A stretch of 64,000 nt of DNA from Kiritimatiellia bacterium (lineage in GTDB: Bacteria > Verrucomicrobiota > Kiritimatiellia > RFP12 > JBMNHG01): assembly GCA_050950285.1 (NCBI GenBank), contig JBMNHG010000008.1, forward strand, positions 310,001-374,000. Direction: 5' to 3'. This document shows positions 1 to 9,286 of the stretch, one piece after another. The translations under genes and the position numbers were made by a program. Numbering within the stretch: the stretch's first letter is position 1; every line of letters begins with the position of its first letter. Below the pieces are notes generated by a model. It did not search any database. It was given only the letters and a program-made list of their open reading frames with translations, and was not told the origin of the DNA.

Positions 1-112
1 TCGGCAGGCGTATCATCTGGACGGCCCGCCGGGGACGTCGGTCTCCAGACGAACGGCGGCAGTTCCGGTGTCGTGAATTGTGAGACGACGGGCAAACGTA
101 GCACATCGGCAA

Positions 113-132
113 TTCGCGGCGTGCCGTTTTTC
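113..132 (+). repeat. Dispersed repeat copy TTCGCGGCGTGCCGTTTTTC
   Basis: 20/20 identical to the reverse complement of 17127-17146. Confidence 0.7.
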
Positions 133-150
133 TTTGTTTGCGGATTCGGC

Positions 151-921
151 CTACAGCGTTTGGATGCCCATGCCTCCGTCCACCAGGAACACCTGGCCTG
201 TGGAGTAGGGGAAGGCGCCGGTCGCGATGGCGGAGACGGCCTTGCCGATGTCCTCGGGGAAGCCCCAGCGACGGAGCGGGATGCCACCCTCCGCGATCAC
301 TTGGTCGTACTTGGCCTTCACGCCGGAGGTCATGTCCGTGGCGATCACGCCGGGACGCACCTCGTACACGCCGATGCCGAACTCGGCCAGCCGCGCGGCC
401 CACAACTGCGTGGCCATCGAGACGCCGGCCTTCGAGAGGCAGTACTCCCCGCGGTTCACCGACACCACGGTGGCCGAAATCGAGGAGATGTTCACGATGC
501 GGCCCTGGTAGGCGGGGTCGGCCTTCTTCTGTTCGACCATCCAGCGGGCGACGGCCTGCGTGAGGAAATACGGACCCTTGAGGTTGGTCGTCATCACGAA
601 GTCGTAGCTCTCCTCCGTGGCATCGAGGAGGTCGTTGCGGGTCTTGGGTGCAACCCCCGCATTGTTCACGTGCACGTCGAGGCGTCCGAATTCCGTCTTG
701 GCGAAGGCCACCAGGGCCTCGCGGTGGGCGCGATCCGCCACGTCGCAGACCGCGTAGGCCACCTTGCCGCCGCAGGCGCGGAGGGCCTCGAGCGCCTCCT
801 GGCACTCCGCCTCGGGGCGTCGTCCCGCCGCGAGCAGGTCGAAGCCCGCCTTGGCGAGCGCCGTGGAGATTCCGTAGCCGATACCCCGGCAGCCGCCGGT
901 TACAATCGCGACTTTACGCAT
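151..921 (-). CDS. SDR-family oxidoreductase (3-ketoacyl-ACP reductase-like), 256 aa
   Basis: TGGCRGIG Rossmann motif, NNAG, catalytic YCLSK (YxxxK), C-terminal TGQVFLVDGG. Confidence 0.9.
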   Translation of the reverse strand: MRKVAIVTGGCRGIGYGISTALAKAGFDLLAAGRRPEAECQEALEALRACGGKVAYAVCDVADRAHREALVAFAKTEFGRLDVHVNNAGVAPKTRNDLLDATEESYDFVMTTNLKGPYFLTQAVARWMVEQKKADPAYQGRIVNISSISATVVSVNRGEYCLSKAGVSMATQLWAARLAEFGIGVYEVRPGVIATDMTSGVKAKYDQVIAEGGIPLRRWGFPEDIGKAVSAIATGAFPYSTGQVFLVDGGMGIQTL

Positions 922-979
922 GGGGGAAGTCCTTCCGAAAGGGTGGGGGGTGAGTGGGTGGGAAGCGCTGGGCGGCGTC

Positions 980-1933
980 CTAGAATCCCAGGAGCCGTTC
1001 CAGCTGGAGGTCTCGGGCTCCGCCGAGCCGGACAGCCTCGCGATAGTGGGCTTCGGCGGACGCCTCCTCGCCGCGGGAAAGCATCAGCGCCGCCATGTCG
1101 AAGTAGGCGGCGGGGAGTTTCGGGTTCAAGCGGATCGCCTTGTCCAGCGCCAGCAGGGCGTAGTCGAAGCGCCCCGTGGACTGGTAGACGGCGGCCAGGG
1201 CCAGGAGCACGGCCTCGTCCTTTTCTTCGGCCAGCAGATCCTCGAGGGCCACGAGCGCTTCGTCGTACCGGTACTGGCGGCAGCGGATCACGCCCATCAT
1301 CAGCCTTGCCGAACGGTTCTGCGGGTCGGCGCGGAGAACCTCGACCATCGCGGCGGCGGCGGCATCGAGCCTTCCGGCCTCGAACAGCGAGTGGGCCTCG
1401 TGGAAGAGGGGGGCGGGATCGAAGGCCGCCGGCGGTGGACGCCCGTCCTCCTGGCCCGGGATGCTCCCGGAGTCCACGAAGGTTTCCTGGGCGCCATCGT
1501 CTAAAACGGCGGCGAGCCCGCCGCCGGCCGCAGCGCCTTCGTCTTCCGGCCAGGCGAACGGGGGAGGGGCGTCCAGGTCCAGGGAAGGCGCGGAGGGTAC
1601 GTGGGGGAGCGTCTTCCCCTCGATCAGGCGGATCTGGTCCTGGCAGTACGCGAGATGGAGGCGGGCGGTGCCGTCGTCGATGCCGGGGAAGTCCCCCTCG
1701 ACGCGCTCGAAGATGTCCGTGGCCTTCCGGTAGAGGGCGAGCGCCTGGTCGGGATTCCCGCCGTCGTAGGCGGAATCGGCCCGGGCCATGATCTTGTCCG
1801 CCTTGCGGATCGCGGAGAGGGCCTCGGACTTCGGGTTTTTGCCGAACAGCGAAAACGCCTTCGCCGAAGGCGCAAGGAGGAGGGCGGCCGCAGCCGCCAG
1901 CACCACCGGAAGAGATCTGGACAAGGATGACAT
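980..1933 (-). CDS. Secreted tetratricopeptide-repeat protein, ~317 aa
   Basis: ATG at 1933 gives a signal peptide (PVVLAAAAALLLAPSAKA) and TPR-like helices (ALLALDKAIRLNPKLPAAYFDMA). Confidence 0.75.
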   Translation of the reverse strand: MSSLSRSLPVVLAAAAALLLAPSAKAFSLFGKNPKSEALSAIRKADKIMARADSAYDGGNPDQALALYRKATDIFERVEGDFPGIDDGTARLHLAYCQDQIRLIEGKTLPHVPSAPSLDLDAPPPFAWPEDEGAAAGGGLAAVLDDGAQETFVDSGSIPGQEDGRPPPAAFDPAPLFHEAHSLFEAGRLDAAAAAMVEVLRADPQNRSARLMMGVIRCRQYRYDEALVALEDLLAEEKDEAVLLALAAVYQSTGRFDYALLALDKAIRLNPKLPAAYFDMAALMLSRGEEASAEAHYREAVRLGGARDLQLERLLGF

Positions 1934-2041
1934 GGCGGCACATAGAGTAGCAAGCCGCGGCGGCGGCGTCAAAGTTGTTCGTGCCAAGTGACCAACGATT
2001 TTCCAGTCCCTCGTCGCGGGGTTCGTGGTATGCTTCCCCGC

Positions 2042-3748
2042 ATGAAATCCCTTCCCTCCTTCCCCTTGGAAATCCGTCTCCTGGAAGACGCCTCCCTGGA
2101 ACTGGTCGACTGCGAACGCGGCGAGCGCCTGCTCATCGTGCCGGGGGCCCGCCTGCTGCTGCCGGGGTTCGCGGCGGACGCCACGCTCGTCGACGCATGC
2201 GTGGAGGGGGCGGAGATGCGCCTTCGCTATGCGGCGTCGTCGTTGGGCGAGGCGGTCGTGATCCTCCGCGCCTGCGATCCCGGTTTTTCGATCGAGGGCG
2301 TGTTCGTCCCGGCGGAAGACGTCGAACTGGAGCGCCTGGAGATTGTCCCGAAAGGGACGCAGATCGCCTGCTACGAGATCCGGGCCTTCCGTTTCCGCCA
2401 CGGCACGGAGCGCTCTTGGCCGGACTGCCCCCTGGAAACCGACTTCGAGATCGACACCACGTCCTGCGACTGGCAGTTCGCCCCCCATCCCACCGCCCTG
2501 CTCTTCGCCCGCCACGACACGCACCTCTTCCTCGGCGCCACCTGTGCGCCCGTCGGCGGCTACGGGCTCCATGCGAAAGGCTCCCAAAACCGCTTCGACG
2601 AACTTTTCCTCGACTACGGCCAAGAGGGCTGGGGAATGGAACTCCCCCGGGACGAGCCCTGGCGCACCCCCGTCTTCCGCCTTTTCGTCGAGCGCACCGC
2701 CGACACCTACGCCACGTATGCGCGCTTCGGCGAAATCCTCGTCCGCGAGGGCGCCATTCCCGACCCCGCCAGACGCTCGCCCGTCCCCTGGCACCGCGAA
2801 CACGTCTACTGCACCTGGATCGACCAGATGAACCTGGCCTCCATCATGACCGACGCGGAGGTGAAGCGGCGCGCCTCGGACAGCGGGGACATGCACTCCC
2901 GCACCGCCCTCCCGCTCGACGAGGCGATGGTTCGCGAGGCCGCCGCCCTCATCCTCCGCGAAAAGCTGCCCATCCGCTCGATTCTCCTCGACGGGGGCTG
3001 GAGCATCAATTCCGCCGACTATCGCGCCGACCCCGTGCGCTTCCCGGACCTGCGCCGGCTCGTGGACGACCTGCACGCGCTCGGGTTCAAGGTGCTCGTG
3101 TGGTGGAGCTGGGCCGAAGTGCGCGGTGCCGCCGGCGAAGCCGCCCTTGGCATCCACAACGCCATCCTGGACGGCAAGCGGAACCGCCACGGATCCATCA
3201 TCGGCGACTTCTCGAAGAAGTCCACCCAGGAGGAGTACCTCCGCCCCATGTTCCGCCGCCTCTTCTCCTCCGACCCCGGCTGCTACGACCTCGACGGCAT
3301 CAAGACCGACTACATGGCGGACAAGGTCCATCCGGACATGCCCGCCGAAGATCCCGCCTGGCGCGGCGAGGAGAACTACATCCTCCGCCTCTACCGCTTC
3401 TGCATGGGCGAAATGCGCCGCCACAAGCCCGACGCGATGCACATCGGCGCCGCCGGCAACTATTTCCTCGCGGAAGTCACCGACGTGAACCGGACCTTCG
3501 ACGTGGCAGGCGACCTCGTGGAGGCGCACGTCGAACGCGCCAGAATGCTCGCCGCCACCACGCCCGGCGTGCCGCCCGTCTTCGACATGCACATCTTCCG
3601 CACCCGCCGCCGCGACTACCTCCGCGCCGCGAAGGCGATGGGGCTGGCCACCCACGTGGGCGAACTCTTCACCACCCGCGACGATCTCTTCGCGCCCGTC
3701 ACGAAGATGGACGAAGCCGACTACCGGGAACTGCGCGAGGAGCTGTGA
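2042..3748 (+). CDS. Putative clan GH-D (GH27/31/36-like) TIM-barrel glycoside hydrolase, ~568 aa
   Basis: Motifs YCTW, ILLDGGW, RFPDLRRLVDDLHALGFKVLVWW, DGIKTDY (K-x-D nucleophile context). Start could be 1988. Confidence 0.65.
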   Translation: MKSLPSFPLEIRLLEDASLELVDCERGERLLIVPGARLLLPGFAADATLVDACVEGAEMRLRYAASSLGEAVVILRACDPGFSIEGVFVPAEDVELERLEIVPKGTQIACYEIRAFRFRHGTERSWPDCPLETDFEIDTTSCDWQFAPHPTALLFARHDTHLFLGATCAPVGGYGLHAKGSQNRFDELFLDYGQEGWGMELPRDEPWRTPVFRLFVERTADTYATYARFGEILVREGAIPDPARRSPVPWHREHVYCTWIDQMNLASIMTDAEVKRRASDSGDMHSRTALPLDEAMVREAAALILREKLPIRSILLDGGWSINSADYRADPVRFPDLRRLVDDLHALGFKVLVWWSWAEVRGAAGEAALGIHNAILDGKRNRHGSIIGDFSKKSTQEEYLRPMFRRLFSSDPGCYDLDGIKTDYMADKVHPDMPAEDPAWRGEENYILRLYRFCMGEMRRHKPDAMHIGAAGNYFLAEVTDVNRTFDVAGDLVEAHVERARMLAATTPGVPPVFDMHIFRTRRRDYLRAAKAMGLATHVGELFTTRDDLFAPVTKMDEADYRELREEL

Positions 3749-3750
3749 CG

Positions 3751-4401
3751 ATGACGCCGCCAGACGCCCCCACCGTGATCCTCGCGGACGGGGACTTCCC
3801 CACCCACCCGCGCCCCCTCGCGATCCTCCGCGCCGCCGGGCGCATCGTCTGCTGCGACGGCGCGGCGGTATCCCTTCTCGCCGCGGCGGGCCGCCTCCCC
3901 GACCATGTGGTGGGCGACTTGGACAGCCTGCCCGCCGGATTCCGCGACCGCTTCCCCGACCGCGTCGTGCACATCCCGGGCCAAGACGACAACGATCTCG
4001 CGAAGGCCTTCGCGTTCTGCCTGGGGAAGGGGTGGACCGCTCCCGCCATCCTGGGCGCCACCGGCCATCGCGAGGACCATGCGCTGGGGAACATCGGCCA
4101 CCTCTTCGATTTCGCGGAACGGGATCCCGCCGTCACGATGGCCACCGACCGCGGCCTCTTCACGCCCGTCGCCCCGGCCGCCGGAAAAACGGCGCGCCGT
4201 TTTTCGAGCCATGCGGGCGAGGCGGTCTCGCTGTTCGCGGACAGCCCCCAAACGCGCGTGACCGTCCGCGGCCTTCACTGGCCGCTCGACGCCGCCTCCC
4301 TCCCCCGCTGGTGGAGCGGCACGCTGAACGTTTCAGAAGGCGACGCCTTCGACGTGGAGGCGGAGCATGGCGTCGTGCTGGTCTACCAGGCCTACGCCTG
4401 A
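3751..4401 (+). CDS. thiN: Thiamine pyrophosphokinase
   Basis: CCDGA, VGDLDS, QDDNDL, GATGHREDHALGN, GTLN motifs. Confidence 0.9.
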   Translation: MTPPDAPTVILADGDFPTHPRPLAILRAAGRIVCCDGAAVSLLAAAGRLPDHVVGDLDSLPAGFRDRFPDRVVHIPGQDDNDLAKAFAFCLGKGWTAPAILGATGHREDHALGNIGHLFDFAERDPAVTMATDRGLFTPVAPAAGKTARRFSSHAGEAVSLFADSPQTRVTVRGLHWPLDAASLPRWWSGTLNVSEGDAFDVEAEHGVVLVYQAYA

Positions 4402-4437
4402 CGGCCCGCCGCCGCGCGCGCTTCGGAGTCTCCAAGT

Positions 4438-6003
4438 CTATCGGGCGTATTCCACGAAGCGCTGCTCGCGGAGGACGACCACGCGGATTTGACCGGGGAA
4501 CTCCAGTTCGGCGGAGATCTTCCCGGCGATCTCCCGGGCGAGGATCATGGCCTCGTTGTCGTTCACTTCGCCGGGATCGACGACCACGCGGATCTCCCGG
4601 CCGGCCTGGATGGCGTAGCACTTGTGCACCCCCGGGAATCCGGAGGCGATGCTTTCGAGCTTCTCCAGGCGCTGCACGTAGTATTCGTCCGACTCCGAAC
4701 GGGCACCGGGACGCGCGCCGGAAATCTGGTCCGCAGCCGAGCAGAGGAATCCGTACAGGCTCTTCGATTCGACTTCGCCATGGTGCGAGGCGACCGCGTT
4801 CGCGACGATGGCGTTCTCGCCGTGGCGGGAGAGCAGTTCGGCGCCGATGGCGGCATGGGCGCCTTCCACCTCGTGGTCGGAGCTTTTCCCGATGTCGTGG
4901 AAGAGGCCGATGCGGCGGGCCAGGGCGGCGTCGAGGCCCAGTTCGGAAGCCATCACGCCCATCAGGTTCGCGGCCTCGACGGAATGGCTCAGCACATTCT
5001 GGGAATAGCTGGAGCGGAACTTGAGGCGGCCCAGCGCGGAGACGAGCTCCGGGGGGACGCCTTGGACGCGGGCGGCGTAGAGGGCGTCGTTCCCGGCCTC
5101 GCGGACGATGCCGTCCAGGTCCTTCCGCACCTTGTCCACGACCTCCTCGATCCGGGCGGGATGGATGCGGCCGTCCGCGACCAGTTCGGAGAGGGCGCGG
5201 CGGGCGATTTCGCGGCGGACGGGGTCGAAGCTGGAGACCGATACGGCCTGCGGGGTGTCGTCGATGACGAGCGTGACGCCCGTCGCGGCCTCGAAGGCGC
5301 GGATGTTGCGGCCTTCGCGTCCGATGATGCGGCCCTTCACGTCGTCGCTCGGGAGTTGCACGAGGCCGGTCATCGACTCGCCGGCATGGGCGGCGGCGTA
5401 GCGCTGGATGGCGAGCGAGACGATTTTGGCGGCCTCGCGATCGGCCGTTTCGCGGGCCTCTTCGAGGAGGCGCCGCTGGAGGGCGCCGGTTTCGCCCCGG
5501 ACTTCGGCCTCCATGCTTTGAAGGAGTTGCCTGCGCCCCTCCTCGTGGGTCATCCCGGCGAGTTTCTGGAGGCGGGTTCTCGCCTCGGCGGCCAGCCGTT
5601 CGACCTCCTGGCTGCGGGCGTCGAGGCCGGCATTCGCGGCGAGCAGTTCGCTCTCGCCCTTCCGCACGGCCTGTTCGCGGGCGTCGAGCACGGTGGCCTT
5701 GCGGTCCATGTTCTCCTCGCGCTGGGTCAGGCGGGTCTCGATGTCCTGGAGCTGCTGGCGGCGCGCCTTGGTGGACTTCTCGAACTCCTCGCGAAGGCGC
5801 ACGCCTTCGGCGCGGCCCTGGATGTCGACCTCCTTGAGCCGGGCCTGGACCTCCTTCTCGGCGCTGTCGAGACGCTCCTTTGCGCGGCGTTCGACGGAGT
5901 CTATCTGCATCTTGCCGGCGACGGAGCGGACGAGATAGCCGATCACGAGGCCCGCGAGGGTCGCGACGATGGGGATGACGACGTTGAGTGAATTGGAATC
6001 CAT
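4438..6003 (-). CDS. rny: Ribonuclease Y, ~521 aa
   Basis: N-terminal TM helix, coiled coil, KH domain (KGRIIGREGRNIR), HD domain (FHDIGK), AIQAGREIRV C-terminus. Confidence 0.95.
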   Translation of the reverse strand: MDSNSLNVVIPIVATLAGLVIGYLVRSVAGKMQIDSVERRAKERLDSAEKEVQARLKEVDIQGRAEGVRLREEFEKSTKARRQQLQDIETRLTQREENMDRKATVLDAREQAVRKGESELLAANAGLDARSQEVERLAAEARTRLQKLAGMTHEEGRRQLLQSMEAEVRGETGALQRRLLEEARETADREAAKIVSLAIQRYAAAHAGESMTGLVQLPSDDVKGRIIGREGRNIRAFEAATGVTLVIDDTPQAVSVSSFDPVRREIARRALSELVADGRIHPARIEEVVDKVRKDLDGIVREAGNDALYAARVQGVPPELVSALGRLKFRSSYSQNVLSHSVEAANLMGVMASELGLDAALARRIGLFHDIGKSSDHEVEGAHAAIGAELLSRHGENAIVANAVASHHGEVESKSLYGFLCSAADQISGARPGARSESDEYYVQRLEKLESIASGFPGVHKCYAIQAGREIRVVVDPGEVNDNEAMILAREIAGKISAELEFPGQIRVVVLREQRFVEYAR

Positions 6004-6037
6004 GGCGGATGCTGGCGGCGGCGGTTTCCCGCCCGCC

Positions 6038-6901
6038 TTATTCGATGTTCTGGACTTGCTCCCGGAAGGCTTCGAGGTCGGCCTTGAAGGCGAGGACGTC
6101 GCGGGACATCGCGGCGTCGTTGGCCTTGGCTCCGAGGGTGCCGATTTCGCGGGAGAGCTCCTGGCAGAGGAAATCGAGCGCGCGGCCGCACGGTTCGTCG
6201 GAGGCCAGGAGCGCCTCCGCCTGCCCGAAGTGGCTGGCGATGCGGTCGAGTTCCTCGCGCACGTCCGCCTTGTCGGCGAAGAGCGCGACCTCGCGGGCGA
6301 GGATGTCGGGGTCGGGCGCGATGTCGCGGCCCTCGAGCAGGGTCGCGATGCGCTTTTCGAGGGCGTCGCGATAGGCGGCGGGGACGAGCGGGGCGCGTGC
6401 GGCGAGCCGTGCGTGCGCCGCGCGCAGGCTGTCGAGAAGCCGCCGCAAAGCCTCCTCCAGGGCGGCTCCCTCGCGGGTGCGCATGGCGACGAGCCCGTCG
6501 AAGGCGTCGTTCGCGGCGCGTTCGATGGCGGGCCAGAGTTCGAGGGGGTCGTCGAAGGCGGCCGCTTCGTCCGCCGGGATGTGCAGGAGGTCCTTCGCGG
6601 AAAGGTCGTCCGGAAGGTCCAGCTGCGCGGCGAGGTCGCGGTACCGGGCAATCTGCGCGGCGAGGGCGGCTGCGCCGGCGTCGCCCCCGCCGGCGGCGGA
6701 AAGGCGGATGGAAAGGCGGACGGCGCCGCGCGCGACGCGCGAGCGGGCGAGCTCCTGGAGCTTCGCCTCGAGGATGGCGAGGTCGCGCGGAAGCGAGCAG
6801 TGGCAGTCGAACTGCCTGCGGTTCACCGACCCCGCCTCGACGACGATCCGAAGGGAGGCGAAGACGCTTTCGCCGCATCCGAAGCCGGTCATGCTGCGCA
6901 T
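6038..6901 (-). CDS. yicC: YicC/YloC-family endoribonuclease
   Basis: MRSMTGFG start, SVNRR, EELDRIASH, GRALDFLCQELSREIGTLGAKAN, REQVQNIE end. Confidence 0.93.
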   Translation of the reverse strand: MRSMTGFGCGESVFASLRIVVEAGSVNRRQFDCHCSLPRDLAILEAKLQELARSRVARGAVRLSIRLSAAGGGDAGAAALAAQIARYRDLAAQLDLPDDLSAKDLLHIPADEAAAFDDPLELWPAIERAANDAFDGLVAMRTREGAALEEALRRLLDSLRAAHARLAARAPLVPAAYRDALEKRIATLLEGRDIAPDPDILAREVALFADKADVREELDRIASHFGQAEALLASDEPCGRALDFLCQELSREIGTLGAKANDAAMSRDVLAFKADLEAFREQVQNIE

Positions 6902-6905
6902 GGCG

Positions 6906-8046
6906 CTACGATGCCCCCTTCCCGTTCCCACGCTGCGCGTTGTAGCGGAGATAGGCCTCGATGAACGGCTGGATCGCGCCGTCGAGCACGGCTTGCACGT
7001 TGGACGTCTCCTCCTCCGTGCGGAGATCCTTCACCATCGTGTACGGCTGGAGCACGTACGAACGGATCTGGTTGCCCCAGGCGATGTCGCCCTTGTCGCC
7101 GTAGAAGCTCTCCAGTTCCTTGCGCTTCTTGTCCTCCTCGTATTGGAAGAGGCGCGCGCGCAGCATCGAGAAGGCCTTCGCCTTGTTCTTGTGCTGCGAG
7201 CGTTCGGCCTGGCAGGAGACGACGATGCCGGTGGGGAGGTGGGTGATGCGCACGGCCGAGTCGGTCTTGTTGACGTGCTGGCCGCCGGCGCCGCCGGAGC
7301 GGTAGGTGTCGATGCGAAGATCGTCCTCGTGGATCTCGACTTCGACATCGTCGGCGATTTCGGCGGCCACGTCGAGCGCGACGAACGAGGTGTGGCGGCG
7401 TTTCGCGGCGTCGAAGGGGCTGATCCGCACGAGCCTGTGGACGCCGCGTTCGCCCTTGAAGTAGCCGTAGGCGTTGGTCCCGCGAACGAAGAGGGAGACG
7501 GATTTCACGCCCGCTTCGTCGCCGGGCTGCACGTCGAGCGTCTCGATTTCGAAGCCGTTGTCCTCGCAATAGCGGCGGTACATGCGGTAGAGCATGTCGG
7601 CCCAGTCGCACGATTCGGTCCCGCCGGCGCCGGCATGGATGGTCAGGTAGGCGTTCGCGCCGTCGAAGCGTCCGGCGAGCAGGGACTGCAGGCGGAGGCG
7701 CTGGTACACGGCATCGGCCTGATGGAAGGTCTTCTCGAGCTCCTCGAGCGCCTGGGCACGCTCCGCGCCCTCGGGTTCGGCCCCGGCGAGTTCGAAGAGG
7801 AGCGCGGCGTCGTCCGCGAGGCGGGACAGTTCGTCGAAGGGGAGGACGAAGGCGCGCTCCGCGTTGGTCTGGTCGATCACGGCACGGGCGGCGTCGGGAT
7901 GATCCCAGAAGTCCGGCGTGGAGGCCTGTGCCTCGAGTTGTGCAAGTTTGGCCCGGCGTGTCTCCAGGTCAAAGATAGCCTCGCATCTCTACCAGTCCTT
8001 CGCGCAACTGGTTGAGACGGGGCGGAACGTCTTCCATCGTGATCAT
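6906..8046 (-). CDS. prfB: Peptide chain release factor 2 with programmed +1 frameshift (~379 aa)
   Basis: 25-codon first ORF (8046-7969) ends CGA GGC TAT CTT TGA C; the +1 frame continues to SPF and GGQ motifs. Confidence 0.95.
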
Positions 8047-8223
8047 GCGATGCCCTGTCCTCTCGACGCACGGACCATCCGCGCGAGTCGTATGCACAGT
8101 ATGCCAGAAAATCCCGCGTGCCGCAAGCCAGCCCCCTCGTATCCGGCCTCGACATCGGCTTCGCCGCCGGCTCCTGTTTCTGGTATGCTGGCCTCCTCCA
8201 CCCGCCTTCCGGAGCACCACGCC

Positions 8224-9180
8224 ATGCCACACTCCCTTCCGCCCGTCGCCATCCCGTCCGCCACCATCGCGGGCCTCGAAAAGCCTGTCTCGAAGCTCGT
8301 GATGGGCGTGGACAACCAGAACGCCTACGAACCCGCCGCCGCCCTCTACGACGCCTATCTCGCCGCCGGCGGAAACACCTTCGACACCGCCCACATCTAC
8401 GGCAAACTCCGCTCGCGCCTCCTCGGGCGCTGGGTGCGCGAGCGCGGCGCGCGCGACCGGGTGGTGATCATCGCAAAGGGCATCCACTCCCCGCGTTGCG
8501 AACCCCGGTGGATCCGGCCCGAACTCGAGGAACAACTCGGCTGGCTCGGCATGGACCATGCCGACCTCTACCTCATGCACCGCGACAATCCCGAAGTGGC
8601 CGTCGGCGACTTCGTCGAAGCCCTCAACGAACAGGTCCGCGCCGGCCGCATCCGGCTCTTCGGCGCGAGCAACTGGACCATCGAACGCGTCCAGGCCGCG
8701 AACGACTACGCCGCACGCCACCGGCTCCAAGGCCTCTCCGCCCTCTCGAACTGCCTTGCCCTCGCCGACATGCCGCGCGTCATCTGGCCCGGCTGCCTCC
8801 AGGCGCACGACATGGCCACCCGCCGCTGGCTCGAGTACACCCAGATGCCCCTCTTCTCGTGGTCCAGCCAGGCCAAGGCCTTCTTCGTGCCGGGGCGCGC
8901 CGCACCGGACAAGACCGACGACGCCAACATGGTCCGCACCTGGTACTCCGCCGACAACTTCGAACGCCGCCGCCGCGCCTTCGCCCTCGCGGAGGAGAAG
9001 GGGGTCGAACCCATCCACATCGCCCTCGCCTGGGTCCTGAAGCAACCCTTCCCCAGTTTCCCCATCATCGGCCCACGCACCCTCCAGCACCTCTTCTCCA
9101 GCCTGCGGGCGCTCGAGGTCGCGCTTTCCGACGAAGAGTGGCGCTGGCTCGACCTGCTCGACGACGAACCTCCCCGCTAG
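8224..9180 (+). CDS. Aldo/keto reductase, ~318 aa
   Basis: FDTAHIYG, IIAKG, DLYLMHRD, FGASNW, IALAWVL..PIIGPR. Confidence 0.9.
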   Translation: MPHSLPPVAIPSATIAGLEKPVSKLVMGVDNQNAYEPAAALYDAYLAAGGNTFDTAHIYGKLRSRLLGRWVRERGARDRVVIIAKGIHSPRCEPRWIRPELEEQLGWLGMDHADLYLMHRDNPEVAVGDFVEALNEQVRAGRIRLFGASNWTIERVQAANDYAARHRLQGLSALSNCLALADMPRVIWPGCLQAHDMATRRWLEYTQMPLFSWSSQAKAFFVPGRAAPDKTDDANMVRTWYSADNFERRRRAFALAEEKGVEPIHIALAWVLKQPFPSFPIIGPRTLQHLFSSLRALEVALSDEEWRWLDLLDDEPPR

Positions 9181-9286
9181 CCCCCGTTCCGGACGCAGGC
9201 CATCCCCTTCCCCGCCCCGCCGTTCATTTTCGGGATGGAAGCCTTGCGCCGGGAATGGTATGGTGCATCCCGAAAGGATTTCAACC

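Noticed and set aside
1..112. Possible gene end or ncRNA at the window start
   Set aside because: Too little sequence to support a call.
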